A stretch of 64,000 nt of DNA, from the NCBI GenBank assembly GCA_965199955.1, contig CBDATQ010000002.1:384001-448000 (forward strand). The letters run 5' to 3'. Origin of the DNA: Spirochaetia bacterium (lineage in GTDB: Bacteria; Spirochaetota; Spirochaetia; SZUA-6; Bin103). The notes beneath the pieces are model-generated. The model worked only from the letters and a program-made list of their open reading frames with translations. It had not been told where the DNA came from and made no database searches. Shown piece by piece: positions 9,180-19,060 of this stretch. Made by a program: the position numbers and the translations under genes. Numbering within the stretch: the stretch's first letter is position 1; every line of letters begins with the position of its first letter.

Positions 9180-9605
9180 ATGGCACAACAGGAAGACGTC
9201 CACCCCGCGAGCGGCAGCCAGCGAACCGCCCTGGCCCTGGCCGAGCTGCTGGTCGAGCACCAGGCCGAGGAGACGGTCGTCCTCGACGTGAGACGGCAGA
9301 GCGGTTGGACCGATTACTTCGTGATCGCGACCACGCGGAGTCATGCTCACTTGCGCGGCGTCCTGCGCCACCTGGACATCGCGCTGCGCCGGATGGGCGA
9401 CGGCGGCCGCGAACGCCCGGGGCAAGGCCTGCGCCGTGCACCGGACGACAGCGGGTGGGTGCTGGTCGATCTGGGAAGCGTGGTGGTCCACCTCATGACC
9501 GAGGAGCAGCGGCGGTTCTACGAGTTGGAGAGGCTCTGGTTCCGGAGTCCTGCGGTCTTCCGGGACCGCGGTTCGCGCCCGGACGCGGACACGCAGTCGA
9601 GTTGA
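9180..9605 (+). CDS. rsfS: Ribosome silencing factor
   Basis: DYFVIAT, GWVLVDLGSVVVHLM, RRFYELERLW. Confidence 0.96.
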   Translation: MAQQEDVHPASGSQRTALALAELLVEHQAEETVVLDVRRQSGWTDYFVIATTRSHAHLRGVLRHLDIALRRMGDGGRERPGQGLRRAPDDSGWVLVDLGSVVVHLMTEEQRRFYELERLWFRSPAVFRDRGSRPDADTQSS

Positions 9606-9606
9606 G

Positions 9607-9871
9607 TCAGGAGTCCGCCGGGTCGCCGTCACCGCCGGCGAAGGCGTCCTCGAACTCCTCGTCCTCGTCGTAAGTCGAAGTCCTGGCTGTCGAGGTCCTC
9701 GTCCTCGTCGAAGTCGTCGAACTCGGCCAGATCGTCGTCCACCGCGAAGCGGCGGAAGCGGGTCGGGGGTGGTTGCCGGCTGCTCGGCACCCGTGGGACC
9801 GTCACGAAGCGGTCGTCCGGCGTCCCGCCGGGCGGCGCGTCGAGAGATGAGATCGAGATAGCGGTTTCCAA
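9607..9871 (-). pseudogene. Small highly acidic protein with apparent single-base frameshift near 9672
   Basis: D/E-rich run DDDLAEFDDFDEDEDLDSQDFD continues as YDEDEEFEDAFAGGDGDPADS-stop only after skipping one base. Confidence 0.55.
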
Positions 9872-9904
9872 ATCGCGTTCACCGTCCGTATAATTCTGTG
9901 TCGA

Positions 9905-9976
9905 TGGGACGTCGGCAAGCGGTAAGCCACCGGTTTTTGGTACCGGCATTCGCAGGTTCGAATCCTGCCGTCCCAG
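9905..9976 (+). tRNA. tRNA-Gln(TTG)
   Basis: TGGGACG/CGTCCCA acceptor, anticodon loop TTTTGGT, GGTTCGAATCC; TATAAT just upstream. Confidence 0.95.
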
Positions 9977-9997
9977 AGATACCTATGGAGCAGATAC

Positions 9998-10627
9998 GTG
10001 GAGCAATTGGCATTACGGGCTGAGCCCAGATCGAAGACCCGGACGCGGGAGGCACGCCGGCTGCGCCGTGAAGGGCGGGTGCCGGCGGTAGTATACGGCG
10101 CAGCCGAGGCGGAGTCGATCTCCGTTGACGCGAAGGAGGTGCAGCGGCTGTTCCGTCATGCTTCCGAGAGCACCATCATCTCCCTTTCCACCGGTGACGG
10201 CGACCGCGACGTACTCATCAAGGACTACCAGACCGACCGTATCACCGACAAGCTCCTGCACATCGACTTTCTCGAGGTGGTAGCCGGCCGCACCCTGCGC
10301 ACCCACGTCCCGCTGCACTTCCAGGGTACGCCGATCGGCGTCCGCGAGGGAGGCATCCTGGAGACGCTGCTGCGCGAACTGCACGTCGAGTGCCTGCCGC
10401 GTGACTTGCCGGAGAGCATGGACATCGACATCGAAGGGCTGGACAGCGGGGACTCGATCCACGTGCGGGATCTGGACACGCCGGAAGGCGTCCGCGTCCT
10501 GAGCCCTGCTGACCAGGTGGTCTGCCTCGTCGCTCACCGTCTCGCCGACGAAGGGGAAGAAGAGATCGATGAGGAGGAGATCGAAGGGGAAGGCGAGGAC
10601 GTCGAGGTTCCCGACGCAGAGGCATAG
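9998..10627 (+). CDS. rplY: 50S ribosomal protein bL25 / general stress protein Ctc
   Basis: RRLRREGRVPAVVYG, LLHIDF, GVREGG, SIHVRDL, acidic tail. Confidence 0.97.
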   Translation: MEQLALRAEPRSKTRTREARRLRREGRVPAVVYGAAEAESISVDAKEVQRLFRHASESTIISLSTGDGDRDVLIKDYQTDRITDKLLHIDFLEVVAGRTLRTHVPLHFQGTPIGVREGGILETLLRELHVECLPRDLPESMDIDIEGLDSGDSIHVRDLDTPEGVRVLSPADQVVCLVAHRLADEGEEEIDEEEIEGEGEDVEVPDAEA

Positions 10628-10655
10628 CGCGGCCGAGTCCGAAGGCCGGCTGCTG

Positions 10656-11222
10656 GTGGTTGGGCTGGGCAACCCAGGTCCCCGCTACACGGATACCCGA
10701 CACAACGTCGGGTTCCGGATCGTGGAAGCGCTGGCGGATGCTGCCGGCGCGCGGATGAAGCGGCGCGGGATCGGCCGCTACACCGTGGCGCGCGTCGAGG
10801 CCGAGGGCAGCAGTGTCTTTCTGGCGGAGCCGCTGACCATGATGAACCGATCCGGCGACGTGCTTGCCGCGCTTCTTCGGTTCAGTGGGTGCACCCTGCT
10901 GCAGACCCTTGTCATCTGCGACTCCCTCGATCTGCCGGCAGGGGCGGTGCGCTTGAAGCGCTCGGGCTCCTCCGGCGGCCACAACGGGCTGGCATCGATC
11001 ATCGCCGCCGCCGGCGGTGGCGGGTTTCCCCGGCTGTGGGTCGGCGTGGGCAGACCGGACGGCAGGGGCGACGTGATCCGCCACGTGCTGGGCACGCCGG
11101 GCGCGGAGGATCACCAGCGAATCGATGCGGCCGAGCGCTTCGCGGCAGAGCATGTGCTGCGCCTGGCGAACGAGCCGATCGATCGGGTGGTGCATGCGGT
11201 CAACTCATACGAACCCGACTGA
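10656..11222 (+). CDS. pth: Peptidyl-tRNA hydrolase (start uncertain)
   Basis: VGLGNPG, TRHNVGF, MNRSG, GGHNGLASI, RLWVGVGRP. Confidence 0.96.
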   Translation: MVGLGNPGPRYTDTRHNVGFRIVEALADAAGARMKRRGIGRYTVARVEAEGSSVFLAEPLTMMNRSGDVLAALLRFSGCTLLQTLVICDSLDLPAGAVRLKRSGSSGGHNGLASIIAAAGGGGFPRLWVGVGRPDGRGDVIRHVLGTPGAEDHQRIDAAERFAAEHVLRLANEPIDRVVHAVNSYEPD

Positions 11223-12636
11223 GGGGATCCCGACTCAGGTAGGGCGCGCCCTGCGGTGTCTGGGCGTCCGCCATGGCCATACGGTCGTCGCCGCATACTC
11301 CACGGGGCCCGATTCTACCGCTCTCCTGGCGCTGTTGTGCCGGTTGCGCACGCGGATGGGCATCGAGGTGGTCGCCGCGTACTTCGACCACGGCCTGCGT
11401 TCCCGCCGCGAAATCGACGGCGACGTCGTCCACGCGCGTGCGGCCTCGAGCAGTCTGCAGGTTCCGCTGCGCGTGGGCACCGGGTCGTCGAGAGGGGAGT
11501 CCGTTCGGGGCGGCCCGGAAGCGGCCGCCCGCGCCGCTCGCTACCGTTTCCTGGAGGGCCTTGCCGGCGAGTGCTGCGCCGACTGGATCGCGGTGGGGCA
11601 CACGGCCGATGACCGGGCGGAGACCGTGCTCATGCGGGCGCTGCAGGGAACGGGCGTCGCCGGCCTCGGCGGCATGCGGGCACGCCGCGGCCGGGTCATC
11701 CGGCCGCTCGAAACAATACGGCGTGACGATCTGCGGGCATGGCTGCATGGGGAAGGGCTGTCATTCCGCCGCGACTCGCAGAACGGCGACCCGCGATTCA
11801 CCCGCAACCGCGTGCGCGACCTGCTGGGCGACATCGAACGCAGGTTCCCGGGGGCAGCGACGCGCCTGGCCGAGGTGGGGAGACACGCCGAGCAGACCCA
11901 GGCCTTCGTCGCGGCGCAGGCGGCGGAGCGGCTGCTCTGGAGGCGGACCGCTCTCGGCATCGCACTGCCGTGGCATGAGTTCCGGACCGCACCGGAGGCG
12001 CTGCAAATGGAGGCGCTCTTCCAGGGCTACGATCTGCTGCTGCGTGGCACGGGTCCGCGTCGCCTGCCGCGCCGATTCCTGATCCCCATCCTGCGAGCGG
12101 CGGGAAAGAACATGGGACGGGTGCGCGCGGCCGGCCACGGTGTGGTCATAGAGCGCCTGGCAGCCCATCTGGTCATGTCGGCCGCGGTTGTCCATGGCGC
12201 CGGAACCGGCTATCTTTGGAAGGCCGTAAGGAGCGGATCGTATAAAGTACCGGAGACGAAGGTCGAAATCCGGAGAGCAGAACCCGTGGCTGGCGAGCGG
12301 ACAGTTGCCGGCACAGTTTCGCTAGGTGGAGTGCGGGTGGGCTCGATTGACGGACCCCTCCTGGTTCGGTCGTGCCGGCCCGGAGATGAGATCCGGCTGC
12401 ACTCCGGCGTCAAGCCTCTCGCCGCCGTGCTGCGCGAGTGGGGCGCGCCGGAAGCGCACCGGTGGATGATCCCCGTGGTCGCCGATAGACGCGGTGTGCT
12501 GGCGGTCTGCGGTGCTGCGTTCGGCTATCGGGATGTGCGAAGCGTATACTGTGCCGACCGGGAGGACGGTGCCGGCGGCGAGGGCGACGGCACGGGCGCG
12601 GTGATCGCGATCAGCCGCGTGGAGGAGGAGTCGTGA
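11194..12636 (+). CDS. tilS: tRNA(Ile)-lysidine synthase
   Basis: PP-loop variant STGPDS, DHGLR, EAAARAARY, GHTADDRAET, IRPL, RNRVR; position between pth and ftsH. Confidence 0.93.
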   Translation: MRSTHTNPTEGIPTQVGRALRCLGVRHGHTVVAAYSTGPDSTALLALLCRLRTRMGIEVVAAYFDHGLRSRREIDGDVVHARAASSSLQVPLRVGTGSSRGESVRGGPEAAARAARYRFLEGLAGECCADWIAVGHTADDRAETVLMRALQGTGVAGLGGMRARRGRVIRPLETIRRDDLRAWLHGEGLSFRRDSQNGDPRFTRNRVRDLLGDIERRFPGAATRLAEVGRHAEQTQAFVAAQAAERLLWRRTALGIALPWHEFRTAPEALQMEALFQGYDLLLRGTGPRRLPRRFLIPILRAAGKNMGRVRAAGHGVVIERLAAHLVMSAAVVHGAGTGYLWKAVRSGSYKVPETKVEIRRAEPVAGERTVAGTVSLGGVRVGSIDGPLLVRSCRPGDEIRLHSGVKPLAAVLREWGAPEAHRWMIPVVADRRGVLAVCGAAFGYRDVRSVYCADREDGAGGEGDGTGAVIAISRVEEES

Positions 12637-14525
12637 GTAACCGTTCGCAAGAGCCGAAGAAGCCAGACCCCGGGCTGCCCAAACTGCCGTTCAACAACCG
12701 GGTCGCGTTGATCACCCTGCTTGCGCTGATCGCCCTGTTCGTGCTGCTGGTCGTCTACAACAACGAGCGCAGCTTCGCGCAGGAGATCGCCTACTCCGTA
12801 TTCCTGGCCTACGTCGATGGCAAGGAGGTCGCGGAGGTCAAGATCGTCGATGGATTCGAGATCCTTGGCACCTACCGGGACGACGACAGACAATTCAGGA
12901 CCACCATTCCCTATCACGATCCGCAGCTCCTGAACCGGCTGGAAAGCAGCGGCGTGCGGGTTACGGGAGGCCCGAAGCCGGTTTCGCCATTCCGGATCTT
13001 CATCGAGTTCCTGCCGTGGGTGCTCGGCATCTTCTTCATCTGGTTCATGTTTCGCCAGGTGCAGGGCTCCGGCAACCGCGCGTTCTCCTTCGGCAAGAGC
13101 CGCGCCAAGCGCTACCTGGACACCAGCAAGAAGATCAGCTTCACCGACGTCGCGGGCCAGGACGAAGCCAAGTACGAACTCGAGGAAGTGGTGGAGTTCC
13201 TTCGCAATCCGGCCAAGTTCTCGCGCATCGGCGCGAAGATACCCAAGGGTGTGCTGCTGGTCGGGATGCCGGGAACGGGCAAGACCCTGCTGGCAAAGGC
13301 GATCGCCGGCGAGGCGAACGTGCCGTTCTTCCACATGTCCGGTTCCGACTTCGTGGAGATGTTCGTCGGCGTGGGCGCCAGCCGGGTGCGCGATTTGTTC
13401 GAGCAGGGCCGCAGGCACGCCCCGTGCATCCTGTTCATCGACGAGCTGGACGCGGTCGGCCGCACGCGGGGCGCCGGATACGGCGGCGGCCACGACGAGC
13501 GGGAGCAGACGCTGAACCAGATGCTGGTGGAGATGGACGGCTTCGACACCAAGGACGGCGTGATCATCATCGCCGCGACCAACCGGCCCGACGTGCTGGA
13601 TCCCGCGCTGCTGCGTCCCGGCCGGTTCGACCGCCAGGTGGTCGTCGACATGCCGGACGTCAAGGGCCGTGAGGAGATTCTCAAGATCCACTCGAGCAAG
13701 ATTCCGGTCGGCGGTGACGTGGACATCAACCGGGTCGCTCGCGCCACACCCGGCTGCTCGGGCGCCGACCTGGCGAACATCGTCAATGAGGCGGCGCTGC
13801 TGGCCGCCCGCAACGGCAAGGACCAGGTGGGCATGGCCGACCTGGAAGAGGCGCGCGACAAGATCATGATGGGGCTGGCGCGCCGTTCCAAGGTGATCCA
13901 GCCGTCCGAGCGGGAGATGATCGCCTTCCACGAAGCCGGCCATGCGCTGCTTCACTACCATCTGGAACACGCCGACCCGTTGCACAAGGTCACGATCGTT
14001 CCGCACGGCCGGGCACTCGGCGTTTCCTTCTCGCTGCCGGAGAACGACATGTACACGCGTGGCAAGGGCTGGCTGCTGCACCGCATCACCATCACCATGG
14101 GTGGCTACGCGGCGGAGAAGCTGCGCTACGGAGAGACCAGCACCGGAGCTCAGAACGACATCGAGCAGGCCACCGAGCTGGCACGCCGCATGGTCTGCGA
14201 GTGGGGGATGAGCGACATGCTGGGTCCGGTATCGTACGGCCAGAAGGAGGAACCCATCTTCCTTGGCAAGGAGATCGCCCGGCACAAGGACTACTCGGAG
14301 GAAACCGCCCGCCACATCGACCAGGAAGTGGGAGCCATCATGTCGTCGCGGCTCAAGGAGGCGGCCGATCTCCTCAAGCGGCACGACGATCAGTTGCAGA
14401 TGCTGGCCACGGCGCTGCTGGAGAAAGAGACGGTCGAGGATGCCGAGATCCGCATCCTGCTCGGTTTCCCCGAACGGGACGACCTCTCCGGCGGCGACGC
14501 GCTGGCGGAAGGCCGGCCGGCCTGA
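12633..14525 (+). CDS. ftsH: ATP-dependent zinc metalloprotease FtsH
   Basis: Two TM segments, [40 protein letters not shown]. Confidence 0.99.
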   Translation: MSNRSQEPKKPDPGLPKLPFNNRVALITLLALIALFVLLVVYNNERSFAQEIAYSVFLAYVDGKEVAEVKIVDGFEILGTYRDDDRQFRTTIPYHDPQLLNRLESSGVRVTGGPKPVSPFRIFIEFLPWVLGIFFIWFMFRQVQGSGNRAFSFGKSRAKRYLDTSKKISFTDVAGQDEAKYELEEVVEFLRNPAKFSRIGAKIPKGVLLVGMPGTGKTLLAKAIAGEANVPFFHMSGSDFVEMFVGVGASRVRDLFEQGRRHAPCILFIDELDAVGRTRGAGYGGGHDEREQTLNQMLVEMDGFDTKDGVIIIAATNRPDVLDPALLRPGRFDRQVVVDMPDVKGREEILKIHSSKIPVGGDVDINRVARATPGCSGADLANIVNEAALLAARNGKDQVGMADLEEARDKIMMGLARRSKVIQPSEREMIAFHEAGHALLHYHLEHADPLHKVTIVPHGRALGVSFSLPENDMYTRGKGWLLHRITITMGGYAAEKLRYGETSTGAQNDIEQATELARRMVCEWGMSDMLGPVSYGQKEEPIFLGKEIARHKDYSEETARHIDQEVGAIMSSRLKEAADLLKRHDDQLQMLATALLEKETVEDAEIRILLGFPERDDLSGGDALAEGRPA

Positions 14526-14532
14526 GGGGTTC

Positions 14533-16332
14533 GTGCGCGAGCACATTCGCAACTTCTGCATCATCGCCCACATCGACCACGGCAAGTCGACGCTGGCCGA
14601 TCGCTTCATCCAGCGCGCCCACGTCGTGTCGGACCGGGAGTTCCACGACCGGTTGCTCGACAGCATGGAGATCGAGCGGGAACGCGGCATCACGATCAAG
14701 TCGCAGGCGATCTCGCTTCCGCACCAGCACGACGGCACCCGCTATCTTCTGAACCTGGTCGATACCCCCGGACACGTCGACTTCACCTACGAGGTGTCGC
14801 GCGTGATCAGCGCCTGCGAGGGCGCGCTGTTGCTGGTGGACGCCACGCAAGGCGTGGAGGCGCAGACCCTGGCGAACTACTACCTCGCTCTGGAACACGA
14901 TCTCGAAGTGATCCCGGTGATCAACAAGGTCGACCTGGCGGCCGCTGACATCGACCGGACGCGCGGGCAGATAGAACGGGACCTCGGCCTCGACGGGGAG
15001 GACGCCGTACTCGTGTCCGCCAAGACCGGCCAGGGGATCGACCGGCTCCTGGAAGCGATTGTCGCGCGCGTTCCTCCACCCGACGGCGACTCTCGGGCGC
15101 CGCTGCAGGCGCTGGTGTTCGACTCCGCCTACGACCCGTACCGTGGCGTGGTCGTGCACCTCCGGGTGGTGTCCGGCCGGATCGTCCGGAACGCGCGCAT
15201 CCGCTTCTGGGCGGGTGACGATGCCACCTACCGGGTCGAGGAGCTGGGGCTGTTCGGGATCAAGCCGCGACCGGCGGATGTCCTGAACGCCGGCGAGGTC
15301 GGCTACCTGGTGGCCGGGATCAGATCGGTGGGGCAGGCGCGCGTGGGCAACACCATCACCGAGGCGGAACGTCCGTGCCAGGCGCCGCTGCCCGGGTTCC
15401 GGGAGGCAAAGCCGGTGGTGTTCGCGGCCATCTACCCGATGGACGCCGACCAGTATGAAGAGCTGGCCGCGGGGCTGGAGCGGCTGCAGCTCAATGACTC
15501 CACGCTGAGCTTCGCCAAGGAGTCGTCGGTGGCGCTCGGCTTCGGCTTTCGTTGCGGCTTCCTCGGCCTGCTGCACCTGGAGGTGGTCCAGGAGCGGCTG
15601 GAGCGGGAGTTCGGGCTTGCCGTCGTCCTCACCGCCCCGTCGGTCGAGTATCGGATGCAGCTTCAGGACGGGTCGGAGCTCAGCGTGTACACGCCGGGCG
15701 AGTATCCGGACCCGGGCAGCATCGAGCAGGCACGGGAGCCGTACGTGCGCGCGTCGATCATCACCCCATCCGAGTACGTCGGCGCGGTGATCACCACCTG
15801 TCTGGAACGGCGCGGCATCCAGCAATCGCTCGACTACCTGGATGAGACGCGCATGGAGCTGCGCTTCGACCTGCCGCTGGCGGAGATCGTGACCGACTTC
15901 TATGACCGGCTGAAGTCCGTCACGCGCGGCTACGCGTCATTCGACTACGACGTCGCCGACTACCGTGACACGGACATCGTGCGGCTGGACGTGCTGCTGA
16001 ACGGCCAGCCCGTGGATGCGCTGGCACAACTGGTGTTCCGCGGTTCGGCGGTCCGCCGCGCGCGCGAACTGTGCCGAAGGCTTCGCGACGAGATCCCGCG
16101 CCACCAGTTCAAGATCCCCGTGCAGGGAGCGATCGGCGGTCAGATCATCGCGCGGGAGACGATCAACGCCTATCGCAAGGACGTGACCGCGAAGCTGTAC
16201 GGGGGCGACGTCACGCGCAAGCGCAAGCTGCTGGAGAAGCAGAAGGCCGGCAAGAAGCGCATGAAGGCAGTCGGAGCCGTGCAGATTCCCAAGGACGCGT
16301 TCGTGGCGGTGCTGCGCGGCTCCGACGCGTAA
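14533..16332 (+). CDS. lepA: Translation elongation factor 4
   Basis: IRNFCIIAHIDHGKST, DTPGHVDF, NKVD, GFRCGFLGLLH, KLLEKQKAGKKRMK; GTG at 14533. Confidence 0.99.
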   Translation: MREHIRNFCIIAHIDHGKSTLADRFIQRAHVVSDREFHDRLLDSMEIERERGITIKSQAISLPHQHDGTRYLLNLVDTPGHVDFTYEVSRVISACEGALLLVDATQGVEAQTLANYYLALEHDLEVIPVINKVDLAAADIDRTRGQIERDLGLDGEDAVLVSAKTGQGIDRLLEAIVARVPPPDGDSRAPLQALVFDSAYDPYRGVVVHLRVVSGRIVRNARIRFWAGDDATYRVEELGLFGIKPRPADVLNAGEVGYLVAGIRSVGQARVGNTITEAERPCQAPLPGFREAKPVVFAAIYPMDADQYEELAAGLERLQLNDSTLSFAKESSVALGFGFRCGFLGLLHLEVVQERLEREFGLAVVLTAPSVEYRMQLQDGSELSVYTPGEYPDPGSIEQAREPYVRASIITPSEYVGAVITTCLERRGIQQSLDYLDETRMELRFDLPLAEIVTDFYDRLKSVTRGYASFDYDVADYRDTDIVRLDVLLNGQPVDALAQLVFRGSAVRRARELCRRLRDEIPRHQFKIPVQGAIGGQIIARETINAYRKDVTAKLYGGDVTRKRKLLEKQKAGKKRMKAVGAVQIPKDAFVAVLRGSDA

Positions 16333-16357
16333 AGCCCCGCTCGGCGGGCTTTACGCG
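16326..16357. terminator. Hairpin between convergent lepA and SurA/PpiD-like genes (terminator or 3'-protective stem)
   Basis: Perfect 12-bp inverted repeat CGCGTAAAGCCC/GGGCTTTACGCG with 8-nt loop overlapping lepA TAA; no clear U-tract. Confidence 0.55.
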
Positions 16358-16384
16358 CGCCCGGGGCCGCGGGACCTCGCCCGA

Positions 16385-17884
16385 TCAGCCGCCGCCGGTG
16401 ATGACCGCGAACGCCTGCGCGAAGTTGTCCTCCAGCAGGCCGCTGTCGTTCACCCACCACAGCAGGTCGTCATTCATTGCCCGTTCGGTGAACCACCCGA
16501 ATACGGTCTCCCCGAGCACCTCGTACCGCAGGAGCTCCTGGGGCAGCTCGCGCTCTTCGAGCAGGCTGAGCACGATCACCTGATCGGTCAGTCGGACGGG
16601 CGCGGATACGTCGCCGATCCGCTGCAACGCAAAGCCCTGCTGGAAGAAGTCCTCGAAATCCTCCGCACCGGACAGCAGCGGCAGGTCGCCCGCGGCCTTG
16701 ACCTCTCGCGGTGACGCGGAGTCCCGGAAGTTGATCGGAAACCACTCGGTCGCGTGCACGGTCAACTCGAGATCGGCGGCAGCCGTGCGAAAGTCGGTTT
16801 GCGATGCCGCCACGGCGAAGCGGTCGCCCTGCGCCAGCAGGTAGTCTTCCACCCGGCCGCGTTCGAAGGTGACCAGGTAGGCCCGGACCGTGGCGAGGGT
16901 GTCCGCGTCCGAGAAGTCGGGCTCGATGACCCGGCTGTCGGCACGGTAGAGGTAGAAGACGTCGTCCGTTCGTCCGGCGAGCACGGGGGATAATTCGCCT
17001 TCGCCCAGGGCGAACACCTGGTTCGCCGTTTCCGGATCATCGAAGGCGCGGCTCACGTCGAAGAAGTAGCGAAGTCCCATGTCGCCGCCGGACTCACGGA
17101 AACCGTCCTGCGAATGGGCGCGCGCCTGATCCTCGAACGTGGCGGTGCCGGACACGATGCGCTGCCGGATCGCCTCGGCGGCTTCGGCTTCGCCTCTGAC
17201 CTGGATGCGGCTGAGGCTGACGCGGCGGAAGTCGCCCGCGCTGTCCGCGGCGTATGCCGCGACTTCCTCGTCGGGGTAGGCGCCGTAGCTCAGGCTGACG
17301 AACTCGAAGCGCCGTTCGTGGCGGATCATCTCCTCGTAGAAGGCGATCTCGCTCTCACTGCTCAGGCGGCCGCTCGTCACATCGTCCCGGTACCGCTGCC
17401 TGAGGAGCAACTCGTGCAGCCGGTCCAGGTTGCCTTCCCGCGTGGCCACCGGCATCTGTTCGAGGTCTTCGTAGCGGGCCACCGACTCGATGAGGGTCTG
17501 GTCGACGCGCTGCTGGGAAACGTGGACGCCGGCGGCGACCGCCAGGTGCACCTGTGCGGTATGGAGCACGGTGGCGCTGTATGCGTCGCGCCAGATGTTG
17601 CTGAGCAACGCCCGCGGATCGGTGTCCTCCGCCGCCTGCGCGGTGTAGTTCCGGTAGAACCGATCGTACGACGCCCCGAAGAAGTTGGTCGGGGTATACG
17701 AGAGCTCCTGGCCGTCGTACGTCCCGAACACGATCGTCGACCCGCTCCCGCCGACCCCCGATGGAGCCAGCGTACCGATCATCGACACGCCGATGATGAC
17801 CATCACCACGATGCTGAACCCGTAGAGGAGGTAGGACCGGTTGCTGCGTGACTCTACGGACAGCGGGTTGCCGCCCCGCGCCAT
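16385..17884 (-). CDS. SurA/PpiD-like membrane-anchored parvulin chaperone
   Basis: N-terminal TM, parvulin motifs TFEDQARAHSQD...GGDMG...GELSPV. Confidence 0.85.
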   Translation of the reverse strand: MARGGNPLSVESRSNRSYLLYGFSIVVMVIIGVSMIGTLAPSGVGGSGSTIVFGTYDGQELSYTPTNFFGASYDRFYRNYTAQAAEDTDPRALLSNIWRDAYSATVLHTAQVHLAVAAGVHVSQQRVDQTLIESVARYEDLEQMPVATREGNLDRLHELLLRQRYRDDVTSGRLSSESEIAFYEEMIRHERRFEFVSLSYGAYPDEEVAAYAADSAGDFRRVSLSRIQVRGEAEAAEAIRQRIVSGTATFEDQARAHSQDGFRESGGDMGLRYFFDVSRAFDDPETANQVFALGEGELSPVLAGRTDDVFYLYRADSRVIEPDFSDADTLATVRAYLVTFERGRVEDYLLAQGDRFAVAASQTDFRTAAADLELTVHATEWFPINFRDSASPREVKAAGDLPLLSGAEDFEDFFQQGFALQRIGDVSAPVRLTDQVIVLSLLEERELPQELLRYEVLGETVFGWFTERAMNDDLLWWVNDSGLLEDNFAQAFAVITGGG

Positions 17885-17892
17885 GGACGACG

Positions 17893-17921
17893 AAGGTAGC
17901 CACGCGGCCGGCCGCTGTCAA
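17893..17921 (-). promoter_or_regulatory. Sigma70-type promoter directly in front of the ATG of the SurA/PpiD-like gene
   Basis: TTGACA (17921-17916), 17-nt spacer, TACCTT (17898-17893), 8 nt, ATG. Confidence 0.65.
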
Positions 17922-18021
17922 CGCGGGCCGCGGTCGACGTGCCACTCCGGCCCCCATCCGGCTGGCCGGCCCGCCGGCCTTGACAAGCGCGCCACGGCGG
18001 CGCACCCTCCGGCTCTCATCC

Positions 18022-18095
18022 GGGGGCGTGGCGAAGCTGGTTATCGCGCCGGCCTGTCAAGCCGGAGGCCGCGGGTTCAAGTCCCGTCGCTCCCG
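18022..18095 (+). tRNA. tRNA-Asp(GTC)
   Basis: GGGGGCG/CGCTCCC acceptor, CCGGC-CTGTCAA-GCCGG, GGTTCAAGTCC; TTGACA upstream at 17980. Confidence 0.95.
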
Positions 18096-18106
18096 AAACA
18101 CAACCG

Positions 18107-18179
18107 CGGGCTGTGGCGCAGTGGCTAGCGCGCTCGGTTCGGGACCGAGAGGTCGGGAGTTCAAATCTCCCCAGCCCGA
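18107..18179 (+). tRNA. tRNA-Pro(CGG)
   Basis: CGGGCTG/CAGCCCG acceptor, CTCGG-TTCGGGA-CCGAG, GTTCAAATC. Confidence 0.95.
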
Positions 18180-18281
18180 TTTCCGCGCGCCGTTCGCCGC
18201 GGGTCGCACCCCTCGCCGTCGATTCCGGATTCCAGCCAGGGACTCAACCTCCCGTAGCGAGCCGCCGAAGATAGGGGAGTC

Positions 18282-19043
18282 GTGCTGCGAGGGCTGCTGT
18301 TACTGTCGATCTGCTTGTGGGCCGTGGGCTGCGCACACGGCCAGGAGCGCTACTACGTCATGCAGCGGGGCGACACGCTGTACAGCGCCTCGCGCGAGGT
18401 GGGCATCCCGGTGCCGGAGCTGATGGCGGCCAACGACATAACCGACGCCCGGCGCGTGCCGGCGGGAACGCGCCTCCGGGTGCCGGGCGGCGACGCGGTC
18501 TCGCCGGCGGCGGTTCCCACGATGCCCGTTACCTACGCCATGGTCAGGGGTGACACCCTGTACTCGATCGCGAACCGGTTCGATCTGGACGTCCGCGAGC
18601 TGATGCGCCTGAACGACATCGACGATCCGCGCGATCTCGCCACGGGTACCGTGCTGACGCTCCAGGGCGTGGGCGAAGAACGGGACCTGGAGGAGCCGGT
18701 CCTGTGGCCTACCGAAGGCGAGCGGCAGAGGTTGACCGGCAAGCTGCGGGGGGTGGCGATCCACGGGGCTCGCGGACAGGCGGTCCGTTCGGTTTCCTCG
18801 GGAACGGTGACCTGGTCCGGGCCGAGTCGCGGCTACGGGTACGTGGTCCTGGTTCGCCGGGACAGCTACGTCTACGCGTACCTCAACAATGAGCAGGTGC
18901 TCGTGCAGGTCGGCGACCGCGTACAGGTCGGTTCGGAGATCGGCACGCTCGGCGTTGCCCCTCACGACAACACGCCGCAGTTGTACTTCGTGGTCACGAA
19001 GGACTCGCGCTTCGTCGATCCCGTCTCCGCGCCGCGCGCTTAA
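18282..19043 (+). CDS. Protein with two LysM domains and a degenerate M23 domain (NlpD-like), probable lipoprotein
   Basis: Lipobox-like AVGC, two RGDTLYS LysM repeats, VLWPTEG...GYGYVVLV...VQVGDRVQVGSEIG. Confidence 0.88.
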   Translation: MLRGLLLLSICLWAVGCAHGQERYYVMQRGDTLYSASREVGIPVPELMAANDITDARRVPAGTRLRVPGGDAVSPAAVPTMPVTYAMVRGDTLYSIANRFDLDVRELMRLNDIDDPRDLATGTVLTLQGVGEERDLEEPVLWPTEGERQRLTGKLRGVAIHGARGQAVRSVSSGTVTWSGPSRGYGYVVLVRRDSYVYAYLNNEQVLVQVGDRVQVGSEIGTLGVAPHDNTPQLYFVVTKDSRFVDPVSAPRA

Positions 19044-19060
19044 GCCCTCACATCCGGCGG

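Noticed and set aside
14263..14532. N-terminal extensions of lepA, ftsY (30981), rsfS (9018), thpR (52160) and the methyltransferase (44162) in the ORF track
   Set aside because: They run through upstream genes in another frame; conserved N-termini begin at later starts
6478..18179. Integrative elements at tRNA genes
   Set aside because: No integrase and no duplicated tRNA 3' ends seen; flanking genes are core
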